Below, piece after piece: positions 58,701-64,000 of a stretch of 64,000 nucleotides of DNA. The stretch is from a virus (lineage: Duplodnaviria; Caudoviricetes), in the IMG/VR virus record IMGVR_UViG_3300046615_000208, positions 96,001 through 160,000 of that record; one strand, written 5' to 3'. Numbering within the stretch: position 1 is the first letter of the stretch; every line of letters starts with the position of its first letter. Position numbers and translations under genes: made by a program. The notes under the pieces are model-generated. The model ran no database searches. It was not told where the DNA came from and saw only the letters and a program-made list of their open reading frames with translations.

Positions 58701-61523
58701 TTCCGTAACACTCTTGTGAACGCGAAGGGCCAGTTCTCTGACGCCACCCAAGGCTCACGAGACTTCTCCATTGCCATGGAAAGCTCCGCTGACGCTATCC
58801 TGAAGCAGGGTACCAACGCACTCCAGCTAGCCCTACAGGCAGGCGACAGCCTTCCAGACGCACAGGCCAAGGCGCTTGCCGCCATGGACGCTCCTATGGG
58901 TGCAATGCGTGCAAACCTCTCCAAGCTTGGCTTTGACACCGAGCAGGTCAATGGTATCATGAAGTCGCTGGGTCTTGACCCGGACAAGCTTAAGGGTGCC
59001 CTTTCAGTCGATACAGCCAAGGCTCAAATTGACATTGCCCGTACAGCACTGGCCGCTGACGCATTCTCCAAGGGTAACTACACCGCTGTACTGGCCGCTC
59101 TCCCTGACGAAGCCAAGAAGAAGATCGGTGAAGCTACCGGAACGGCTGAACTGTTTGCCAAAGGTGACTACGAAGGTATTCTTAAGGTTCTTGACGAGAC
59201 TCCGGGTAAGCGAGAAGCTGCTTTGGCGGCATTCCTCAGCTATGATGGAACAGAGTGGTGGTCCTACCTAAAGGCCCACAACCTCATCCCGGATGAAGTC
59301 CTAAAGGCTAACAAGGACGTTGAAGGGCTTATCCCTGAGAAGACCCTTCAACTCAAGGCCCAAGACAACGCAAAACCTATCTTGGATGGCCTTAATGCCT
59401 ACATTCTCGGTGACAAGAATTCCAAGCTCACCGTGGACGATCAGATTACTGCTGTCCTCGCAAGGGTGAACGGCTCGCCGCTTACGGATAAGGACAGCCA
59501 GCTAACCACTCGGGACCTTGTTTCAGGGGTTGTTGATCAGGTCAACAGCAAGGAAATGAAGGGTAAGCTCAACACGCTTCAGACTTCGGACCTTGTTTCC
59601 CATGTGATGGATATTGTAAACGCGAAGACCCTTAATGGTAAGTCGAACACGCTTACCACTAAGGACCTTGCAAGCATCGTTGTTCACGCCGCTAATGAGG
59701 TTGTTCTCAAGAACAAAGAGAACACCCTCAGCACTACTGTCCGAACCATCTTCCAGACATTGGGGCAACCACCATCGGGCATAGCTAGAGCCGCTGGTCC
59801 ACAGGCAGCCGAACAGGCTAATGGTGGTGTTTGGAGCGGTGGCGGTATCCAGAGATTCGCCAATGGTGGATTCAGTCAAGCAGTAAAGGCGTTTGCAAGG
59901 GGCGGACGCGAAAATCACGTTGCCCAAATTGCAAGAGGCGCATGGCCTGCACGTGTGTGGGCCGAACCGGAGACTGGGGGAGAGGCCTACATACCTCTCA
60001 GCAAGGCAAAGCGCCCCCGCTCTTTGAAGATTCTTGAAGAGGTCGCCAAGACGTTTGGCATGTCTCTCTTCAAGATGTCTTTCGCTAACGGTGGAACAAC
60101 TGGTGGAAGCCCAGCCTCATCGGCTGGATCATCCTTCAGTGCTGCCTCCAATGGTAAGGTACCTGCTGCCCTTCTGTCAAGCATCTCTCACAGCCTGCTA
60201 AACAATGGCGGCGGACTGAACAACATTGGTCAGAACATTGTAGATGGTATAATTGGTGGTGTCAATAACAGGCGCGGTGATGCTGTTGTTGCCATGGAAA
60301 ACCTCAGTGACGACCTTGAGAACACCGTACGAACCAAACTCGACATCCACTCTCCGTCCAAGGCATTCCTTGCACTCGGAAGGTACATCGTTGATGGTCT
60401 TGCTGTTGGTATCAAAACCAACGCTGGCATTGTCTACAAGAACATGGATACGCTGATCAACCGAATCTACATGGCTAGTTCGGACGTTGCCAAGGCAACG
60501 GGACGAAGCACGGCCAGTTCTCTAGCCCTGCTCAGGTCCCAGAGGACGCTCAGTGCAGAGTGGTCAAAGATAGCTCCGAAAACGTTCACGGACGCTATCG
60601 TAGACTACTACCAGAAGACTGGAAGCACCGGAAACCGCACACTAGCTGATATTGTCCGCGCTCGTGATGACGTTACCTTCCGTCTCGGTCAGGCTAACGA
60701 GCGTCTGAAGACTCAGAACGCGGACTACGCCAACACCGTCAAGGATGTCTCATCCAAGATGAACAGCGAGTTCAAGCTGGGAACGAATATCCTCTCGGAC
60801 AGCCAGCCGTACGTCCCTAAAATGAAGTTCGAAGATGTCAAGACGTACGCCACTGGTGTGCTAGGCCGTCTCCGCTCCTTCAACTCCAAGCTCCAGAAGC
60901 TTCGCAAGGCCGGGGTCGCTCCGGCCCTCATTAACGAGGTCGCTCAGCTAGGGTCCGCAGAAGGCAGCGCCATGGCTGACGCTCTGCTCGACGGTAGCAG
61001 CAAGGACATCCAAGGTCTGAACGCGGATGTAGCGGCCATAGCAGGCATTTCGAACCAGATTGGCGTCTCTACCGCAGACGGCATGTATAAGGCCGGTCTG
61101 GACGCCACCAAGGGTCTTGTAGCGGGTCTTCTGAAGGACCAGTCCTCCTTGACTCAGGCGGCTACCCAGATCAGCAACAGGCTCATCAACACGGTCAAGA
61201 GTACCCTCGGTATCCGTTCTCCATCCCGTGTGTTCGCTCAGCTTGGGCGATACACTACAGAGGGCTACATTGTCGGTCTAGACCAGATGCAGCCGGTTCT
61301 CGACCAACGTGTGTCGGCGCTTGTCAATCCTTCACCGCGCAGGAGTAGCTTCAACGGATTCAAGGGTGCCACAGGTACCACACCCGCTGTGGCCCCCACA
61401 GCACAATCCGCAGCGGCTCCGACCATTGTCACCAATGTTTACCCTTCTCAGGGTCTGAACGAGACGCAGGTAGCCAACTCCGTTTCGGAGAACATCTACT
61501 GGCGACTATCTACCAAAATTTAG
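55707..61523 (+). CDS. tape measure protein
   Basis: About 1940 aa, Ala/Gly-rich; AEPETGGEAYIPL and two L.I.SPS motifs. Confidence 0.9.
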   Translation: MAIIGSASIQIRADDKFFEADVQRAVKRIKNVAIQLKADVDLTKASKKIRDLRYRITSKDAVLKIDANVAKAEEKLARLLAKFIDKDLNFNVVANTQGANTALRQLDERYRNRRIPFTAQADTAAARAQLAWAARNRSVGFTAHLDPSTRRALQGMFNTLTGTLPFEKIKGAITGMAANFEGLAVKGSAAVAVIGNLAAEVLTLGANILSIGGDVTQLVGLAALLPAAFGSMASMMVVNKMAWNDFGDALTGTGKKASQALAKLNPIAKEAVLGLKGTWTAIQKPVQNAFWTKMGTSLQDTVHKLLPSLKTGLSGIASSMGGLTRETLLAFGKLSDGTLNKMMGNLAKGLSNLQPAVQPFIGALNTLGEVGTTYLPQFGTYLADASKHFASFIDNAEKTGQINVWIETGVKRLQELGSIAKSTAGFFTGLTNAARMSGAPGLTEMAAGMENLAAVANDEPFRSRLVAILEGAREGAEKLGAGFRTLTDFVSKSAPAIGLFLSAAGRVGQLTFENITGLFDGTGLGSGLMDAVGGLGDAMELMKPGFKDLGSLLGDLGEIAGEVLRNMAPGLNQLFSTLGGVIAGFKDGVMNAMPVFNEFIQAMMGLASGPIVALAETLGNLLTGFSQLPGGIQTVIMSIGLFLLLKPKLMNMFTGFAASASSAFKGLATTVDSEGNRTSTAFGKNMDKIKTAWGSVSTAFNNPSVGNGPVRQMDRIAAGAGQVRSALGTTANQGLRGAANGAIGLLGGPWGAALAVAAVGIGIFAEHQANAKAEVDALAGALNQQTGAFTSAGKGLVMDKVMDVKANWWDDFNRLGQKNMKELVAATHMNMTDVANTLGDPKGRDEYLKNWDALVNAAGEGNDVTDQMAASVHMTKEQFAGLSEINLQDINGQMKKGAELAKQAEEKVKGVADAMQVNTIVAGQLSKNYDILSDSTSSADAKFGALKQNLDLLNGSQLTARASSRDYQQSLANTGDEIKRLVTENHGVIDSTGKIDAAFRNTLVNAKGQFSDATQGSRDFSIAMESSADAILKQGTNALQLALQAGDSLPDAQAKALAAMDAPMGAMRANLSKLGFDTEQVNGIMKSLGLDPDKLKGALSVDTAKAQIDIARTALAADAFSKGNYTAVLAALPDEAKKKIGEATGTAELFAKGDYEGILKVLDETPGKREAALAAFLSYDGTEWWSYLKAHNLIPDEVLKANKDVEGLIPEKTLQLKAQDNAKPILDGLNAYILGDKNSKLTVDDQITAVLARVNGSPLTDKDSQLTTRDLVSGVVDQVNSKEMKGKLNTLQTSDLVSHVMDIVNAKTLNGKSNTLTTKDLASIVVHAANEVVLKNKENTLSTTVRTIFQTLGQPPSGIARAAGPQAAEQANGGVWSGGGIQRFANGGFSQAVKAFARGGRENHVAQIARGAWPARVWAEPETGGEAYIPLSKAKRPRSLKILEEVAKTFGMSLFKMSFANGGTTGGSPASSAGSSFSAASNGKVPAALLSSISHSLLNNGGGLNNIGQNIVDGIIGGVNNRRGDAVVAMENLSDDLENTVRTKLDIHSPSKAFLALGRYIVDGLAVGIKTNAGIVYKNMDTLINRIYMASSDVAKATGRSTASSLALLRSQRTLSAEWSKIAPKTFTDAIVDYYQKTGSTGNRTLADIVRARDDVTFRLGQANERLKTQNADYANTVKDVSSKMNSEFKLGTNILSDSQPYVPKMKFEDVKTYATGVLGRLRSFNSKLQKLRKAGVAPALINEVAQLGSAEGSAMADALLDGSSKDIQGLNADVAAIAGISNQIGVSTADGMYKAGLDATKGLVAGLLKDQSSLTQAATQISNRLINTVKSTLGIRSPSRVFAQLGRYTTEGYIVGLDQMQPVLDQRVSALVNPSPRRSSFNGFKGATGTTPAVAPTAQSAAAPTIVTNVYPSQGLNETQVANSVSENIYWRLSTKI

Positions 61524-61529
61524 GAAATT

Positions 61530-62390
61530 ATGTACCTCAAAACTGACAGAATCATAGTGACGCTGAAGGGCATCAATTTCCGTTCCTACCGTTTGGGCGG
61601 TACGGGCGAGTATGTACTCGACCCTACCGCCCTTACGGGGTGGGACGACGGAGTGAATGTCCGCAGAAATGCAACTGTACGCCCCGTCTCAAATGGTGAC
61701 TTCAAGGAGCCATACACTTTTTCGTCCCGACTTATTGGTATCTCGGGTACTGCAATTGCCGCAAGCCGTGGAGAGCTTCAGAGAATGCGCGATGCTCTGG
61801 CTGGAATCCTAGCTGACGGCGAATATGCAGATATCAGCGTAGAGACCAGCGACTCAACTCGGTACGCTGTTGTGGGCCTTGAAAAGTCGCTGGAGTGGAC
61901 ACAGCAGCACGATAGGGTTGCGGTGTTTCGTCTGGAGCTTTATGCTCCGGACCCGCATATCTATGGTTCGGAGAGGACTGTAACACTCGGCGCTACAAAT
62001 GACGTGGGAGGCGGTCTGATCTACCCTATCTCGTACCCGATAAGCTACAATCCGCAAGGCCTACTGGAGTTCTCTCCTGCATTGCGTAATACGGGTAACG
62101 CTTTTGCGTGGCCTAAATTTAAGGTTACGGGGGATTACTACTCTGGGTTTACTCTCACCGATGGTGGGGACAACAAAGTCACCTACAGTGGCATGGTCAG
62201 TAGCGCTGCTCCGGTGGAGATAGATATGGGTAGGGGAACTGCAATTCAAAACGGTACTGACAAAACGGTACTGATCTCTGAACGGGACTGGTTCGGTATC
62301 CCACCGGGAGAAACAATCAAACCACAATTCAATCCGCTTCAGAGCGGTGTTGGCTGGTGTGATATAATCATTAGAGATACTTTTATCTAG
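61530..62390 (+). CDS. distal tail (Dit-like) minor tail protein
   Basis: Immediately after TMP; APDP..Y, N.GN..AWP. Confidence 0.75.
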   Translation: MYLKTDRIIVTLKGINFRSYRLGGTGEYVLDPTALTGWDDGVNVRRNATVRPVSNGDFKEPYTFSSRLIGISGTAIAASRGELQRMRDALAGILADGEYADISVETSDSTRYAVVGLEKSLEWTQQHDRVAVFRLELYAPDPHIYGSERTVTLGATNDVGGGLIYPISYPISYNPQGLLEFSPALRNTGNAFAWPKFKVTGDYYSGFTLTDGGDNKVTYSGMVSSAAPVEIDMGRGTAIQNGTDKTVLISERDWFGIPPGETIKPQFNPLQSGVGWCDIIIRDTFI

Positions 62391-62406
62391 TAGAAGGAAC
62401 GACAAA

Positions 62407-63330
62407 ATGACTTCAGGTTGGGGCGTAGATGCCACTGTCTCAGGCGGTGTAGCGACATCTGGAACAACAGCATCGGATGTTCGCAAGGTATGGGGTGCTC
62501 TTTATTCGAAGGGTATCGTCAGCGGGTGCAAAATCACACGAAGCGGCTCGGCTATGACTTATACAGTCAGCAGCGGGGTAATAGCTATTTCGACATCAAG
62601 TGGGCAAGTGGTCATGGCCCCCGTCCAAGGCGTATCGGTGACCGCGAGTAGTCCGCCCGCATCAGGTACCCGCGTGGATGTGGTATTTGTTACTCAGAAC
62701 CAACCGGGTGACGGTGACTCCGATGTTTCTGTACGTGTTTTGTCCTTTGCGACCACAGGGGCAGTTGTCCTGCCGGATTGGTCTCAAGAAATAGGACGTT
62801 TCACGGTGTCTGCGGGGCAGTCAGGCTCTAACGCAGCCACACAAATTGGAGATGTTATCTACTCCATCCCATACGGTGGCACTCTAGGTCGTCTCCATTA
62901 CTGGCAGAACAAGTATGATGGGGTGCTTACCAATCCGCTGAAGCGAGAGGGCTACGGAACTTTTGATCTGCCTACAGATAGACTTGTCAGGTTTACCTAC
63001 CGTGCAGTTCTGAGTGCCCAAAATGCGGCTGGGTTTGATAACAGTAAATACTGCGAGTATGGGTACATCTTCAACTCCGACCGCATCGGCGGCTCTGGAG
63101 ACTTTATTATTCATACCACTCCGGGTCTACACCAAGCTTGGGGAACATATGAGTTCAACTCTACCATTATTCTCCCTGCCGGTAAGAACACAGTGTCCAT
63201 GGCAGGGGTTAGGACCGTTGGTCCGGGTACTGTGGTACAGCATTATGGTACGGACGCTATGGGATATGGCCGTAATGGTGGCGAGTTTTCCGTGGTAGAC
63301 CTCGGCCCTGCCAACTACGTTGGTCTCTAA
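62407..63330 (+). CDS. minor tail protein
   Basis: Position; R.D.V...Q motif. Confidence 0.7.
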   Translation: MTSGWGVDATVSGGVATSGTTASDVRKVWGALYSKGIVSGCKITRSGSAMTYTVSSGVIAISTSSGQVVMAPVQGVSVTASSPPASGTRVDVVFVTQNQPGDGDSDVSVRVLSFATTGAVVLPDWSQEIGRFTVSAGQSGSNAATQIGDVIYSIPYGGTLGRLHYWQNKYDGVLTNPLKREGYGTFDLPTDRLVRFTYRAVLSAQNAAGFDNSKYCEYGYIFNSDRIGGSGDFIIHTTPGLHQAWGTYEFNSTIILPAGKNTVSMAGVRTVGPGTVVQHYGTDAMGYGRNGGEFSVVDLGPANYVGL

Positions 63331-64000
63331 ATGTGGAGTGCATATCTTTTCCAAACGACAACAGGGCGGATAGGGCCAAGACTTAATTATGAGACAGTGG
63401 ACTGGTCTATCGATCTAAATGATGTTGAAGGTATCAACCTAAGGCTCCGTAAGAGTGAACTACCGGACATTAACCTAAAAAAGTGGCTCTCTCCGTGGTG
63501 GGCTGGTGTGGTGCTTCTATGGAACAGAACGCCCGTTGTGGCGGGACCACTTATCAGTAGGCCATATGAGAATACTGATTTCATTACTATAGGCTGCGGA
63601 GGAATCCGTTCTGTACTGACCAAGAGGTTTGTAGTCGAAGAATTCTCCAACTGGGACGATCTACCAAGGAAGGGGCATCTTGGCTGGAAAGATTACAGTC
63701 TAGGTACCATCGCAAAGAAGGTAGTACAGGCTGCACAGGACAAACCGGGTGGTAAACTTCCTATTACATATGCCCTCCCAGATATTGCAGGAATCCACGA
63801 AAGAAACTATGAAGGTTTCAATGTAGCTAACCTCACTGCCGATGGCGTTCTGTCGAATTTGTCAGACGTTACTGGCGGACCTGATATAATGTTTAAACCA
63901 AGACTTTTGCAAGACAGTGTTTTGACATTTGATATGTGGACAGGCACTGACACCCAGCCGAGGATTTACCAGAAGCACACTCCTGTATGGGACGTGACCC
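63331..64000 (+). CDS. minor tail protein (Tal/hub-like), 3'-truncated
   Basis: ATG 63331 MWSAYLFQTTTG..., open to window end; GPDI.F.P motif. Confidence 0.7.
   Translation, partial: MWSAYLFQTTTGRIGPRLNYETVDWSIDLNDVEGINLRLRKSELPDINLKKWLSPWWAGVVLLWNRTPVVAGPLISRPYENTDFITIGCGGIRSVLTKRFVVEEFSNWDDLPRKGHLGWKDYSLGTIAKKVVQAAQDKPGGKLPITYALPDIAGIHERNYEGFNVANLTADGVLSNLSDVTGGPDIMFKPRLLQDSVLTFDMWTGTDTQPRIYQKHTPVWDVT

Noticed and set aside
1-64000. tRNA/rRNA genes, integrase, endolysin
   Set aside because: No cloverleaf or diagnostic motifs recognised by eye; a tRNAscan/HMM run is needed to exclude them formally.

Overview
This window is part of a large lytic tailed-phage genome with an actinobacteriophage-like siphovirus layout. 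The host and cluster cannot be fixed from sequence alone. (1) Bases 1-11.6 kb form two convergent arms of about 30 tiny ORFs. Almost every unit is a self-contained cassette: a stop codon (nearly always TAG), the 13-bp box TTACAAAAAACGC (about 29 copies), a palindrome with a sigma-A-like -35 in or beside its loop, a -10, a +1 hairpin and an RBS. Three promoter units in this region appear to drive small non-coding RNAs instead of ORFs. (2) Bases 11.6-35 kb hold dense small genes. These include Thg1, a KOW protein, a DGQHR (DndB/ParB-like) protein behind phased direct repeats, a candidate C-rich sRNA, a 6-7-member HxC/CxxC/RWYH paralogue family, macrodomain and SLOG proteins, membrane/holin-like genes and a Prs-like + NAMPT-like pair (NARP1-like NAD+ reconstitution). 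(3) Bases 35-64 kb are the virion module: portal, a 2506-aa polyvalent protein (ART-like, SF1 helicase, SH3/KOW repeats, HExxH peptidase, PI3/4-kinase/HipA-like), head accessory proteins, maturation protease, capsid, tail genes, tape measure and minor tail proteins. No terminase, endolysin, integrase, tRNA or CRISPR array was recognised.
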